Below, one piece after another: positions 37,717 through 52,003 of a stretch of 64,000 nt of DNA. The position numbers and the translations under genes are program-made. The notes under the pieces are model-generated. The model was not told the origin of the DNA. It was given only the letters and a program-made list of their open reading frames with translations, and searched no databases. Origin of the DNA: Octopus vulgaris (lineage: Eukaryota); contig OX597818.1 of assembly GCA_951406725.2 (NCBI GenBank), positions 113,522,001 through 113,586,000 on the forward strand, given 5' to 3'. Each line of letters begins with the position of its first letter. Position 1 is the stretch's first letter.

Positions 37717-38909
37717 GGTCTCTGCACTGTTTCTGTCTACCAGTTTGTACTCATACGAAATTAGTTAATCAAAGGATATTACAAAAAGTCATTTGCTGAA
37801 GTTTCTTCTCGTATGTAATCGAACTCAGAACCACGTGTTTACAAACTAGAATAGCTATGCCTGCAACTAAACCTCAAGTACCACAATATTTCGACCAAAT
37901 TTTTCTCAAATATTTCCATACCGTCTACAAAATGGATTCGTGGATTATGTATGTTGGCCATCATTTAGCTGCAAATCGCTGCTCATTTAACTTGGAGTGT
38001 AATCATTGATATTTTAGATTGCGGCACAGCTAATCAATCGCTTGATCAATAAAAATTCGGCCATCTTGACATTATAGTTGTCAAATTTGGGATTTTAAAA
38101 ACCTCGAATATGTATTAGAAGAAGCATTTATGGTTATTGATTTCTTATTTTATTAATTCTTCACTGGGAAGATCTTTTAACTTTCTGGATACACGAAATA
38201 CAAAGTAGATTACGATAAAAGTGTTATCATCGGAAGATCATATGCAGCTTACTAATTCCAAAAGTAGAAACAGTTTTTAAAATGGCAAAATATGAAGGAA
38301 GAAGAAATCGTCTCACTTATGAACTGATAGACATAATGAATTGGCGAGTGGGTCTTTGCTAAACATCCTACTTCGATTCAATATTACATCATCAGTTCTC
38401 TCTCGATTCATTTCAAGCCATCATTTTCTCACACACTGATGTGTATGATTTTTACTTCTGAGTTGTTTAACCAGAATATTTATTTTACGCACAAAATTCT
38501 TCGTGTCGTGGGTGTATTTTTCTTTGTTCAGATAAAAACTCAGATGGAATGAAATTGGAATGCTTCCAATAACTCTGCAAAACAAAATCAATCCATTATA
38601 TTTCAGAGCCTTTTACAAGTCCATTCAATAGTAAAATTGCCGTATTGACTTCAATCTGTACGAATAAATTTATAGCTTGTAAGGGTTGCTGTTGTTTAGT
38701 CCCCGGTCAGCTTTCACCGAACTGACCTACGATCTAATGCATCCCAGTTATATTCATCACGTCTGTTTGTCTTTCTATTTTGTTGAGTTCTTCCTTTCTT
38801 AAAATGACGAATTTTTGGTATATATTTGGCTATTATTTCTAAGAGGCAGCACGATTTAGTAGAAGCTCAGTTTTGTTCCATTATTTATTTAGAGTTATGG
38901 TTTGCTTAT

Positions 38910-38945
<36 letters not shown>

Positions 38946-39554
38946 CTCCTCTCTCACAATATCTATCACTTTTTCTTTTTTACCCCCTTCTCTTTCCCTT
39001 CCTTCCATCTCGTTATTCATTTTTATTTCTCTCTTTCTCTCCGGACTTTATACAGATAATTACTGTTGTTGTTTATCTGCAGGTCAACTCTGATCGAGTG
39101 GCTATTCCGGGTTTTTATTCATCAGATATCATTAACAGAACTCCATTATTGTGTGTGTCCTTCCTTTTAAAACTGCAGAGGCAGGTTTTGCTGCTAGATC
39201 TAGTAGATCGAATAACAGGGTAGAAACTGTGTCGTTGGTCTGCCTCTATAGATAGTCCTTTATTATGATCAACAAGCTTTGAGCTTATTCGTCCGAAGGA
39301 CCTGAAGTTGGTCACAAAAGTGAAATTTTCACATTCTGGCACAATGACCAAAAGTAAGCATTCCGTCCTCAGAAAAAGTACCTTGGCTATAATTTCTATA
39401 CAACTGAGATTACGGCCAAGACACGTGACTCTCAGTAGGTCGTTTTCATGCAATCACCTGAGGCATATCTTTCCTACAACTGGATAAAGACCGGCGTTCC
39501 ATATCTCGATAACTTTTGACCAGGAGTTTCTGTTCTCCAATGTCAAATATTGGC

Positions 39555-39657
39555 ACAGGTGCGGTAAGAAGTTTGCTTCCCAACTCTATGGTTCTGAGTT
39601 CACTCCCACAGCCTGGTAATTTGGCCAAATATCTTCTGCTTTAGCCTCAGGCCGACC

Positions 39658-39689
<32 letters not shown>

Positions 39690-40495
39690 GTTTGTTCATC
39701 ACCACCGCTTGACAACCACTGTTGGTTTATTTACGTCCTCTTAACTTAGCGGTTCGGCAAAAGATACCTGTAGAATAGGTACCAGAATTTTTTTAATGAG
39801 TAATGGAATCGATTCATTCAATTGAGCAATTCTTCAAGGCAGTGTCCCAGCATGGCCGCCGTCTAATGACAGAAACAAGTAAAAAAAATAAAAGATAGAG
39901 ATGAAAGGCACACACGTGAAATGGCATTCGTTGTGGGATTTTGTCTCGAAGAAAAATTTCTAAGTCACTTAGAAATACAAATAATATCACCAAAACTGAC
40001 AGACACCGGTGTTTCAACGTAATTTTGCCTTATCAATGAGTGTCGTTGGACATTTGTGAATTCATAAATGTTTTATAAATGATGGGAGTGGCCGTGTGGT
40101 AAGTAGCTTGCTTACAAACCACATGGATCCGGGTTCAGTCCCACTGCGTAACACCTTGGGCAAGTGTCTTCTACTATAGCCTCGGGCCAACCAAAGCCTT
40201 GTCAGTGGATTTGGTAGACGGAAACTGAAAGAAGCCCGTCGTATATATATAGTGTGTCTATGTGTGTGTGTGTGTCTGTGCGTGTCTGTGTCTGTATTTG
40301 TCTCCCCACTATCGCTTGATGACCGATGTTGGTGTGTTCTCGTCCCCGTAACTTCGCGGTTCTGCAAAAAGAGACCGATAGAATAAGTACTAGGCTTACA
40401 AGGAATACGTCTTGGGGTCAATTTGGTCGACTAAAAGTGCTGCTCCAGCACGGCTGCAGTCAGATGACTGAAACAAGTAAAAGAGAGTAAAACAG
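39555..40495 (+). mobile_element. Two SINE B copies (39555-39900 and 40085-40495)
   Basis: B head, internal TG repeat and B tail in both copies. Confidence 0.88.
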
Positions 40496-41008
40496 ATGTG
40501 CCACAGATACACTACAGAGATACATTAGGGATCTTCAGTGGGGTCACTGCAACTCAGTTGGTTATAGCATAGCAGACACTAAATTATTTACATGTTTGTC
40601 TCGCGATAATTCCTTGAACAAACTGTGCATTATTTGCAAAAAGCAAATCGAATTCTTGTACACCACTGTAGAGAGGAGCGTAATATGTATGAAAAAGAAA
40701 CCTTTTTTTCTTTATCGTGTTTGGCTTCGAAGAAAGCAAGCATACCTATTTCGTTTAGCTGCGAAAATCTCATTTGTAATCTTTTCTGGTTAGTTTAGCT
40801 AAAGGAAATTTAGATCACCTATCAACAGAATATGTGTTTGTGGATCGATGTTTCTATATCGTATTCTGTGTGTCTACATGTGCGTCAGAGAGATTATGCG
40901 TCAGTAGGTATATTTGTGTTTGCGCGTGTATGTTCCTGCTTTATGAGTGTACGCTTCATTAAGTGAACACACACACACACACACACACATATATATGCAT
41001 ATATATAC

Positions 41009-41081
<73 letters not shown>

Positions 41082-42327
41082 TATATTTACGCACATATAC
41101 TCGCATACAAATATATATATACGTTCACATGTATATATATGTGTGTGTGAGGGGTGTATGTGTGTGTATACAGAGAGCGGGGAGGGAGAGAGAGAATAGG
41201 AAAAGGTGTATGTACATATATATGCGTATCTACGTGAGTGTGGGCATATATTAATATCTGTATAAGTACAGGAACATATATATATAAATATATGCATATA
41301 TATGTGTGTGTTTATGTGTGTGAGTATTTATGCATATATGCATAAGTATATACACACATATACATGTGTGTGTGTGTGTTCATGCATGTATATATACACA
41401 TAAATATGTGTATGTATATACATACATGTACGCTAACATATATACACATATTCATATATATACATATATGTATACACACGTCACATTTATTCTGTTTGAT
41501 CGCTAATCGGTGAATCTTCAATTCCGAAACAAAATATATTTTCCATCAGATAAACACTTCCAATTTTTGATTATCATCTTATCCAGCTACATACAAAATA
41601 AAGTAGGAAACAGTTTGCTAGTCTATATTGGAATATTTTCTATTCAATAACGTATAATTATCAATGAATTCAATATACTATATTGTATTTCAGAGTAAGA
41701 ATAACTGGCTGCAACATTATCTTATTTCATTGATTGAAAGTATCAGTATATACTACACACATACTGAACTCTATATGCATAAATGTATATGAATGAGATT
41801 CTGTGGCTGTGTTTAGACTTGGTCGTAGCGAGTATTTTATAGATGTAGCGAGTGTTTGTAAATGGGTGTACTAAGGACGATAATTATGTTTGAATATCGC
41901 GGCCGTTATGTCTTTAGGCCGATAATTTTTATGTGATATCGATGTATTATTCCTTCTGGCCAATATGTTAATATCTGAACTTGATGACTTTGCTCTCGTG
42001 TGTGTGTGTGTGTGAATATCTTCTATAGAATGAAAAGCTAGAAAGTTCTCCCACCCGCTATTCCAAAAATCTCAGTAGTTCCTCACGTCCTTGGTGCACT
42101 TAAATGAGTTAATGTCTTTCAGAATGTTGAGTATAAATTGTATACTTGCTCACGATAAGGCTGATAAAGATACACTTTCGAAATTTCGAAGTTTTCGAAA
42201 TCTACAAAAATAATGTTTCAATCACTTAAGATATTATCTCCCCTTGAAACTGTTTTATTATCTCAGCGAAGCAGCATCAACTGTCTCATTACACAAGCAG
42301 TTGTTGGTTGATATTGTTATTCATTTT

Positions 42328-42484
42328 CTATCTTTACGTTCTGAGTTCAAATTCCGCCGAGATCGACTTTGCTTTTCGTTCTTTCGGGGTCGATAAATTT
42401 AGCACCAGTTGCGTATTGGGATCGATCTAATTGACTGGCCCCCTCCCCCAAAATTTCGGGCCTTGTGCCTAGAGTAGAAACGAA
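42328..42484 (+). mobile_element. 5'-truncated SINE A1
   Basis: TSD ATATTGTTATTCATTTT on both sides (~42310 and ~42484). Confidence 0.9.
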
Positions 42485-43844
42485 TATTGTTATTCATTTT
42501 GTTACATATATATTATATTTTTTTTTTCAATTAATAGATAAAACTGCGAAGACGAGTACGTAGTTAGTTGCTAAAATTAGATTGAATAGAAAGCCTGACA
42601 TTCAGGAAAAATTCCTTTAAATAAAAAGGCTTTTGGTAGTGAACAGAATGGAAACTACCGTTCTACTGCATCTAACTGAGGACATATCTAATACTTGTTT
42701 TAACGATAAACAGTTTATTAGACTGGGTTTGAACTCAAAACGAAAATGGATGTGACTAGAGTTAGATATTGTGTCCGACTCTGCAGAACATCTAGTCTGT
42801 TGCTTTACAGTTTCTGCCATTTTCCCAATGTCTTGCTGAGGAAACTTCCAAGTGATTTTCCAGTCTGCGAGAAACAGTAGCCAAATCTTCCTTCAATCAC
42901 AACTTACAGCCTTAAAATTTTATATATAACGGACAGAATGGTCATGGCTAGATTATCTTGTATTCTATACTTGATCAGCAGGAGCCGACCGAGGGTTATA
43001 CAACAGCAAAAATGAGATTTGTAATCTAGAAAGAGTTCAGTAATTAGACTAGCGATCGACTGGTTCCCAGGTCGCTACGCTCAATTAGTCATAAGTTGGC
43101 AGTTTTGAGAAGGAATCCTCTAGCCAGGGGACAAGTGTGACTAATAATATTTTTATCCTAGAATCGCAGAAAACTGAATCTCGGAAGCTAATCTTTCCTT
43201 TTATGAACAAAATGAATCAACAGAACTACTCACTTAAAGATGAGAGACAAATAGGTCCATGGATAGAACGCTAGCCTTCCACGCGTAGCATTTACTGTGA
43301 ACAAAGGAATGGAACTTAGCACTGTACACCAACAAAATTCTCGTCAAGTTTTATCAGTGCCATCATTTTACATTAGAATATTAGAATTTGGTGTTTTTGT
43401 ATGTTTATTTGTGATGGACACAATACATTTGTAACTGGATAAGAACAAAAAAATTGCCTATCTTTTGGCTTCCTCAGTTGCTTGCTTAGCATTCTACTGA
43501 TTCAGCTACTCACAGCTTTTTGAAATTTATTGCAAAAGTCAAAATATAAGGAAGGCTATAAATAAAATTCTGCAAAACAACGAATGGTCTGAAGCTCAGA
43601 ATTTCACAAAATTGCAATATATCGTAGGTGTGAATGTGAAATTAAAAACGTAATGAGTTACGATTCATAAAAGACCAATGTTTAAAGAGGTTTTTCTTTT
43701 CATTCAGAATCCCCCAAGCTAAGTTCTTAGATGAGAGAAAACAGGAGTGGCGTTAATACTTCAAAAATTCTATATACACAGGCATATTTGAGATGTCGAA
43801 TAAAAGGATTGGATAAAATAATTGATATAAGATTTAAATGAAAT

Positions 43845-44275
43845 ATAGGCATGACTGTATGAGAAAAAGTTTGTTTCCACAACCACATGGGTTCAGTTCC
43901 ACTGCGTGGCACCTTGGGCATGTGTGTCTGAAACTATAGACTTGGGCCGACCAAAGCCTTGTGAGTGGATTTGGCAAACGGAAACTAAAAGAAGCTCGTC
44001 GTATATGTGTATCTATGTGTGTGCGTATGTGTGTGCAATCGTGTGTGTATGTATGTGCATGCGTCTTTGTGCGTCTGTGTTTGCTCAACACCACCAATTG
44101 ACAACCGGTGTTGGTGCGCTTACGTCCTTGTAACTTGGTGGTTCGGTAAAATAGATAGAATAAGTACTAGCTGAAAATAATATTAAGCGCTGGGGCCGAT
44201 TCATTCGACTAAATATTTTTCAAGGCGGTGCCCCAGTATGGCCGCAGTCTAATGAATGAGACCAGTAAGAGATTA
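43845..44275 (+). mobile_element. Older SINE B
   Basis: Diverged B head, microsatellite and tail. Confidence 0.85.
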
Positions 44276-44799
44276 GAGATAAAAAAATATGAATTCAATG
44301 ATAGGGACTGACGGCAATGAAATAAAGTCCATGGGATGACAATAAAAGGGGCTAAAAATGAAAAAAAATCAGATGGAAATAAAAAAAAATGCAATGAAGG
44401 GTCCAATGTGTGATTTGTTTACATCGTAAGCATCAGGCTGTTGCTTTCCGTTCATACTTAACCCATCGAGTCAGTGAGGGAACCTTTATAGAATCACATG
44501 ATCTTCCTCAAATCACATTGGATTATGTAGTCATAGATATAATATGCCTTTGGTCAATGGTCTGCTTAATCGTGATTAGAGTTTTATCAAAACAAGAACA
44601 GCTTAATGTCATTCAATCCAGTAGGACATAAACATTAAACATCTCCGTCCTTCAACTGTCCTGAGAAGCAAAACTGTTTAATCGATAAAATGTAGGACAA
44701 TCATCCCAACTGTTTGGAGTTCACATCAGCTGAAACCATTTTCTTGTGAATTCAGACAGTACTCTACGAACCCCTGCGTTTAATGGCCTTTCTACGAAA

Positions 44800-45690
44800 G
44801 GCGCAAGGCCTAAAATTCTAGAGGAAGAGTGCTGTCAATTACATCGACCCCTAAGACGGCGATCTGGCAGAAACGTTAGCATGTCGGGCGAAATGCGAAG
44901 CCGTATTTCGACTGCCGCTACGTTCTGAGTTCAAATTCCGCCGAGGTCGACTTTGCCTTTCATCCTTTCGGGGTCGATTAAATAAGTACCAGTTACGCAC
45001 TGGGGTCGATATAATCGACTTAATCTGTCTGTTTGTCCTTGTTTGTCCCCTCTTTGTTTAACCTCTTGTGGGTAGTAAAGAAATAAATAACATCGACTCC
45101 AATTCTCAGCTGGTACTATTTCAGCGACCCTGAAAGGTTGAGAGACAGTGTCATCCACGATGGAATTCGAACTCGGAACATTAAGAAGAACGAGGCTAAG
45201 CATTTTGTCCAGCGTGCTAACGTTTCTTATTTATTTACTGCATATAAGGGGCTAAACACAGAGGTGACAAACAAGGACAGGCAAACGGATTAAGTCGATT
45301 ATATCGACCCCGGTGCGTAACTGGTACTTAATTTATCGACCCCGAAAGGATGAAAGGCAAAGTCGACCTCGGCGAAATTTGAACTCAGAACGTAAAGACA
45401 GACGAAATACCTATTTCTTTATTGCCCACAAGGAGCTAAACACAGAGAGGACAAACAAGGACAGACAAACGGATTTAAGTCGATTATATCGACTCCAGTG
45501 CGTAACTGGTACTTATTTAATCGGCCCTGAAAGGATGAAAGGCAAAGTCACCTCGGCGGAATTTGAACTCAGAACGTAGCGGCAGACGAAATACCGATAA
45601 ACATTTCGTCCAGCGTTCTACCGATTCTGCCAGCTCGCCGCCCCCCACAGCTAAGCATTTCGCCCGTTTCTGCCAGCTCGTCGCCTTCCA
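44800..45690. mobile_element. Nested stack of family-A SINEs: old minus-strand host, A2 on + (44853-45088), A2 dimer on - (45228-45645)
   Basis: Repeat ACATCGAC(C/T)CC flanks the + copy; the dimer junction AAAGAAATA|GGTATTTCG is at 45411 (minus). Confidence 0.85.
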
Positions 45691-45926
45691 TTGACTTTAA
45701 TATTATAGCAATTTTATAGGAGACAAGGAGATTTCTCTTTCAGCCACTCAATTCAGTTCAACCGAAGCTAATAATCAACTCTTGAAATTCCATTGTGAGT
45801 CCATAAGGGAACGTTTAAATTATTATTTTATACAACGCTATGTGAATAAGCATTATTTAAAACCCCATTTCATTCTCAATTTAAATTATCTCCCTCAGAA
45901 TACCTGTACTGTAACTATAAAACCAT

Positions 45927-45970
<44 letters not shown>

Positions 45971-46823
45971 TCTTCTTCTTCTTCTTCTTCTTCTTCTACT
46001 TCTTCTCTCTCTCTCTCTCTCTCTCTCTTCTTCTTCTTCTTCTTCTACTTCTTCTCTCTCTCTCTCTCACACACTTACTCACTCACACACACATACACAC
46101 TTCAATTTTCACTTCCAGCTGATGAAGCAGACTTATTATTTAAGCTTTTCAGCTGTGACCATCCTTTTTTTGTTATTTTATTTTATTTCTTTTATTTATT
46201 GTATGTGCATTATGTATCTATGGCTACATTAATCACAATGTCTCTGCTGTTTTTCGTTTGTTTGTTTTTGGGGGTTTTTTTCTTTGTTTTTTTTTTTCTG
46301 AAGACAATAAATGGTAATTTGAGGAAGCTTAAAGATGCTCTAACTGCTATTTCTTGCAATGGTAGTTGCTCAACTACTGTCACGAACGTGTTTTGATAAT
46401 GTTAACTTCACAGTTCTTTGCCACAGAAGTCTATAATGAGAGAAGCATAAAACGATATGAGAAGGAAAAGCGAAAGGAAAGAAATAAAACGGAATCAATG
46501 CATCTCATAACCCTTAAAGCGTTGCTTGGATGGTTAAAGAAAACTGTCTTCGTAGAGTTTATAGCAGGACGAGTCCAACTTTTCCTTCCCCCGTTCTTTT
46601 TATTGATTTGTTGCTTTCATTGTCAGCTTGTAACAAGCAACGAACTTTGCTGTGTCACCAACCGAGACCACGAGTCTTTAGTGAATCACAGCTGCAACCA
46701 TTATTGTCCTTAGGAAAAGCATGAACATTTCTTGATTTCATAAAAAAATCTTGATTTCCTATAAATACATCGTTGCAGTTGACGCTTTTATATTTCTGAT
46801 ATTGTTATATCACCATTCCAAAT

Positions 46824-47210
46824 GGGCGAACTGGCAGAAACGTTAGCACGCCGGGCGAAATGCGTAGCCGTGTTCAAATTCCGCCGAGATCGACTTTGCC
46901 TTTCATCCTTTCGGGGTCGATAAATTAAGTACCAGTTACGCACTGGGATCGATGTAATCAACTTAATCCCTTTGTCTGTCCTTGTTTGTCCCCCTCTATG
47001 TTTAGCCCCCTGTGGGCAATAAAGAAATAAATATTTCTAATATTGTATATCACCATACGATTTGGCGAACTGGCAGACCCGTTAGCAAATTCCGCTGACT
47101 CGACTTTGCCTTTCGTCCTTTCGGATGTACCAGTTGATTTCTGGGGTCAGTGTGATCGACTTACACCCTCTACCGAAATTGCTGGCCTGTGCCAAAATTT
47201 GAAACCAATA
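46824..47210 (+). mobile_element. SINE A2 (46824-47030) directly upstream of an older family-A SINE (47063-47210)
   Basis: About 57 bp is duplicated: 46790-46848 versus 47031-47087. Confidence 0.88.
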
Positions 47211-47354
47211 TCATATATCATCACGTAAGACATCTAATGCGTTCCATCTAAAACCATCTCGTCTTTATACAGACATAACGATGTAGAAGTTATCAAAATC
47301 AGAATAAATTATTAATCTAAAGCATTTTTCACCTTTAAAAGCATAAACAATAAT

Positions 47355-47504
47355 TGACTGTGTAGCAAGTAGCTTGCTTACCAACCACATGGTTCCAGGT
47401 TCAGTCTCACTGCGTGGCACCTTGAGCAAGTATCTTCTAATATAGCGTCGGGCTGACCAAAGCCTTGTCAGTGGATTTGGTAGACGGGAATCGAAAGCCC
47501 GTCG

Positions 47505-47547
<43 letters not shown>

Positions 47548-48556
47548 ATGAGTGTGCATGTGTTTGTGTGTCTGTGTTTTCCCCCAACATCGTTTGACAA
47601 CCGATGCTGGTGTGTTTACGTCCCCGTATCTTAGCGGTTCAGCAAAAGTGACCAATAGAATAAGTACTAGGCTTACAAAGAATAAGTCCTGGGGTCGAAT
47701 TGGTCGACTAAAGGCGGTGCTCCAGCATGGCCGCAGTCAAATGACTGAAACAAGTAAAAGAATAAAAGAACAGCTATTTGCAAGAAATAGCCGTTTGATA
47801 TTCCTGAGGCTTCCTCAAATTTCCTTTTTCTGTCTCACAAAGCATAGACGAATGGTTAAAACTTTCATTTGAAAACCACAAGGCCTCAAGTCCGATGCCA
47901 ATGAATGAATGGCATGATGGTCAAGTTTCTTTTACCGTAGCTTAGAATTGACCCAATCCGTGCGAGTGAAACCGAGTAAACGGAACGGAAACTGTGCAGA
48001 AGCCCATCGAGTAAACTGTATCAGTAAAATGCTCATCGCCGGAACAGACGGAGATCCATTTTTTTACTCCACCTAAAGCGGCGACCAACCAGAATCATCA
48101 GCACGCCGAACAAAATGCTTAGCGGCATTTCGTCCGTTTCTCTGTTCTGAGTTCAAATTCCGCCGACGTCGATTGTGCTTTTCATTCTTATTTTTACGCG
48201 TCCCTGACTTTAATATTGTGAGCGATTTTACATGAAACAGGGTGATTTATGTTGCACCCGCTTATCTCAGTTCAACTGGAACCAATAATCTGCTCTTGAA
48301 ATTCCAGTGCGAGTCTATAAGGGAAAGTTTACATTGATATTTTATACATAGGCGTAGGAGTGGCAGTGTGGTAAGTAGCTTGCTTACCAACCACATGGTT
48401 CCGGGTTCAATCCCACTACGTGGCACCTTGGGCAAGTGTCTTCTACTATAGGCTTGTGAGTGGATTTGGTAGACGGAAACTGAAAGACGCCCATCTTATA
48501 TGTCTGTGCATGTATGTGTGCGTATGGTAGACGGAAACTGAAAGAAGCCCGTCATA

Positions 48557-48615
<59 letters not shown>

Positions 48616-48910
48616 GTATGTGTATATGTTTGTGTGTGGTTGTCCCCCTTAACTTAGCGGTTCGGCAAAAGATACCGATAAAATAAGTACTAGGCTTCCA
48701 AAGAATAAGTCCTGGGGTCGATTTGGTCGACTAAAGCCGGTGCTCCAGCATGGCCACAGTCAAATGACTGAAGCAAGTAAAAGAGTAAAAGAGACAATTT
48801 TAAGGCGGTAAGCTGGCAGAATCGTGGGCAGTCGGATGCTGGAGTCGATGCAGTCCACCATCCCCTACCATGACCCCCAAATCTCAGGCTTTGTCCTTCG
48901 AGTAGAAAAG
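47355..48910 (+). mobile_element. Cluster: SINE B (47355-47770), A head (48076-48190), SINE B with internal duplication (48350-48795), deleted A1 (48803-48910)
   Basis: Family motifs as above; GGTAGACGGAAACTGAAAGA occurs twice in the second B copy. Confidence 0.85.
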
Positions 48911-49384
48911 GACTTTTATCACACCTGTAACACGGGTTAATTAAAACAGTTGGTTCACTACATTGAGTATCTTTACACAATTTTTACTGATTTTTCTCAT
49001 ACTCTAGGTGAACCTGGATATTTCTCCCCCACAGCTCCCATATTCTTGTAGAACTACATTCTCCAGCATGCCTTATATTCAAGAAGATAGCATGAATTCA
49101 AGACGATTTAACTGCTGTCTCTAGTATATCAACAGACCACGTAGATTGCCTTTCGTTGGTTCGATAAAAATATAGTCTTAACATCTATGAGGGAAATCAA
49201 TATTGATTGTTGTTGTTGTTTTATCTTAAAAGCCATTCTATATCTCTTTGAGCTTCCTATCATTTCTCTTTCATATCTCACTTTACTGTACACTGTGTTG
49301 TTTCATGTTCAACATGAGTTACCATAAGGTTTCATTGTCCTATACTGGCCGCTGTGTTAGCCGGCCTATATTTATGTGTGTGCC

Positions 49385-49404
49385 TGTGTGTGAGATACAT
49401 ATAC

Positions 49405-49451
<47 letters not shown>

Positions 49452-49939
49452 CATACATATATATACATATATATACATATATATACATATACAAACATAT
49501 ACATATAAATATATATACATATATATAAACATATATATATATACATATATAAATATATAAACATATATATATATAGCTATATATATATACATATATATAT
49601 ATATATACATAAACATATATATATACATATATATATAAACATATACATATACATATATGTGTGTACATATATATATGCATATACATATATCCATTTATTC
49701 ATACATATATATATATATCGATCTGTGTGTGTGTCAATGTATGCATGTATAGATGCATGCGTGTTTTGGCTGAACGTGTTACTGTGAAAGCTAGTGCGCG
49801 CGTGCATGCGTGTTCGACATTTATGAATATCTTTGGCATCTATCACCGTCTCTCAATCCTGCTAGCTAGAAACTTATCGATCTCTTACTTTGTCTCTTCT
49901 CTCGCTTTCTCTCCTCATATATACATACATATATAATTA

Positions 49940-49985
<46 letters not shown>

Positions 49986-50134
49986 CTTCGGTGTATATGT
50001 CTGAAACTATATGTAATATCTATGTATGTGTATGTATTCATACAAACACATATGCGAATCTTTATTTGTGTGTATGAATTATTATGAGTCCATAAGTGTT
50101 TGTGAGTGTGTATGTGCGACTCTGTGCGTGAGTG

Positions 50135-50188
<54 letters not shown>

Positions 50189-50382
50189 CATACATATACA
50201 TACATACATACATACATGCATACATACATACATGCATACATACATACATGCATACATACATACATGCATACATACATACATGCATGCATACATACATACA
50301 TACATACATACATACATACATACATACATACATACATACATACATACATACATACATACATACATACATCATACATACATAC
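49385..50382. repeat. (TA)/(CATA)/(CA) microsatellite-rich block; similar blocks at 40965-41480, 51355-51683, 52460-53095, 58390-59770
   Basis: Directly visible. Confidence 0.95.
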
Positions 50383-50665
50383 GGATACTAGTAAGGGAGA
50401 GAAAGACCGGAGAAAAAGATACTGTTAACATTTTGCGCTAAGTGTTGCAAACCGACAACTCTAAGAAAACCATCCGCCGGGATTCGTCAATTTCTGGACA
50501 GGAAGAAGTTGACGGAGAAAGTAGTTGAAGACCTAAGGACAGGAGAACAAAGTATGATTGATAAAAGAAAGAACGGGGAATGAATCGATAGTCCGTGGGT
50601 GAAAATACTCGGAGTAGTTGAACCAGGCATTCTTAGACAGATTTGCCGTTATATCGTACCAGTTT

Positions 50666-51103
50666 TAATAATAATAATAATAATATAATAAAACATTGTG
50701 TACAGTGCTCAGGTGCACTACAACTCATCTAAAGTGTATGTATAATCAGGTGTAGTTTCGGCGGATTTCGGAAAGCATGAGGGCCTTAAAGGATGCAGTG
50801 TCATGGCAGTCAACAACTGACGCAGGCAGTTTGTTCCATGCTTCAGCAACTCTGAGCGTGAAAAAATGTTTCCGAAAGTCATGGGAGCCGTGTTGTTTTC
50901 TGACTTTGTAGGCATGTCCACGTGTGTTAGACACATGGAGATCAAAAAGGTGTTCAGTGTTGTTGTTGGTGAGGTGGTTGATAACTTTGTGGGTGTTTAC
51001 CAAGTCCATCGCCAGATGCCGGAGCTTCAGTGAATCCATGCCCAGGGAAACAAGGCGCTCAGAATATGGTAGGTGTCTGATGGAGGGTATGCGTTTGGTT
51101 GCA
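50666..51103 (-). mobile_element. 5'-truncated CR1-clade LINE 3' end, relatively young
   Basis: Open frame ATKRIPSIRHLPYSERLVSLGMDSLKLR..DL..NTRGHAYK..RKHFFTLRVAEAWNKLP..FK, then a short UTR with a GTGCACCTGAGCAC stem-loop and a (TTA)n tail. Confidence 0.92.
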
Positions 51104-51482
51104 TTGGAGATTCTGCTACCTTAACAAGAGGATATTTTCTTAAAATGTATGAAACAATATGCATACAGACGCACAGATAAATATTTATATGTGCGCGTGG
51201 GAGGAAATGAAATGATCTAAATATATAGAAAGCAGAATGTTCTTTGTTCTAAAATTGGTTCGGTACGATATAATAGTAACCCTGTTCAGCTCTCTGGTCA
51301 TACCTACTTCTGGGCATATTAGCTTACAGACACACACACTCACATAAAATTGTCAATGCATGTACATATATATATGTGTGTATGTGTGTGTGTTTATATA
51401 TATGTGTACATATATATATATATATACACACATATATATATAGATATATATATATATATACGTACATACATAAGCATACATA

Positions 51483-51522
<40 letters not shown>

Positions 51523-51587
51523 TGCATAAATATATATATATATATTTCCATATATACAAACATGCATATGAATGTATGCATGTAGAC

Positions 51588-51684
<97 letters not shown>

Positions 51685-51964
51685 CCGTACTCAGATTCTT
51701 TCTCTTGGCTACCGTTGCCCCAACTCCTGTCAACGTAAAAGGAATTTATAGAAATTCCATATTGCAACGACCATTCCATATTTATTTCTGGCTAATTTCA
51801 CTCGGTTCAGATGACGTCGCTTCCCATCAGTGATAGCGAGGTAATGCCTGCGTGTGCAGGCGTATGTGCTTTCTATGTAACTATGTGTACGTGTATGTAT
51901 GCCGAAATGGGTGCGCATAAGTGGTGGGGAAGCTCTGGCCGTCGGTTTGCCTGTGTGTGTTGTG

Positions 51965-52003
<39 letters not shown>

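Noticed and set aside
39115-39540. Possible Tx1 zinc-finger region remnant (minus); also RTE-like scraps at 360-480 and 32880-33170
   Set aside because: The similarity is too faint to call without an alignment.
42176-42200. TTCGAA repeats as a heat-shock element
   Set aside because: The spacing does not give three alternating nGAAn units.
45313-45579. Recurrent peptides such as RPRKDERQSRPRRNLNSER and LIDPERMKGKVDLGGI
   Set aside because: These are antisense translations of SINE A copies, not a gene family.
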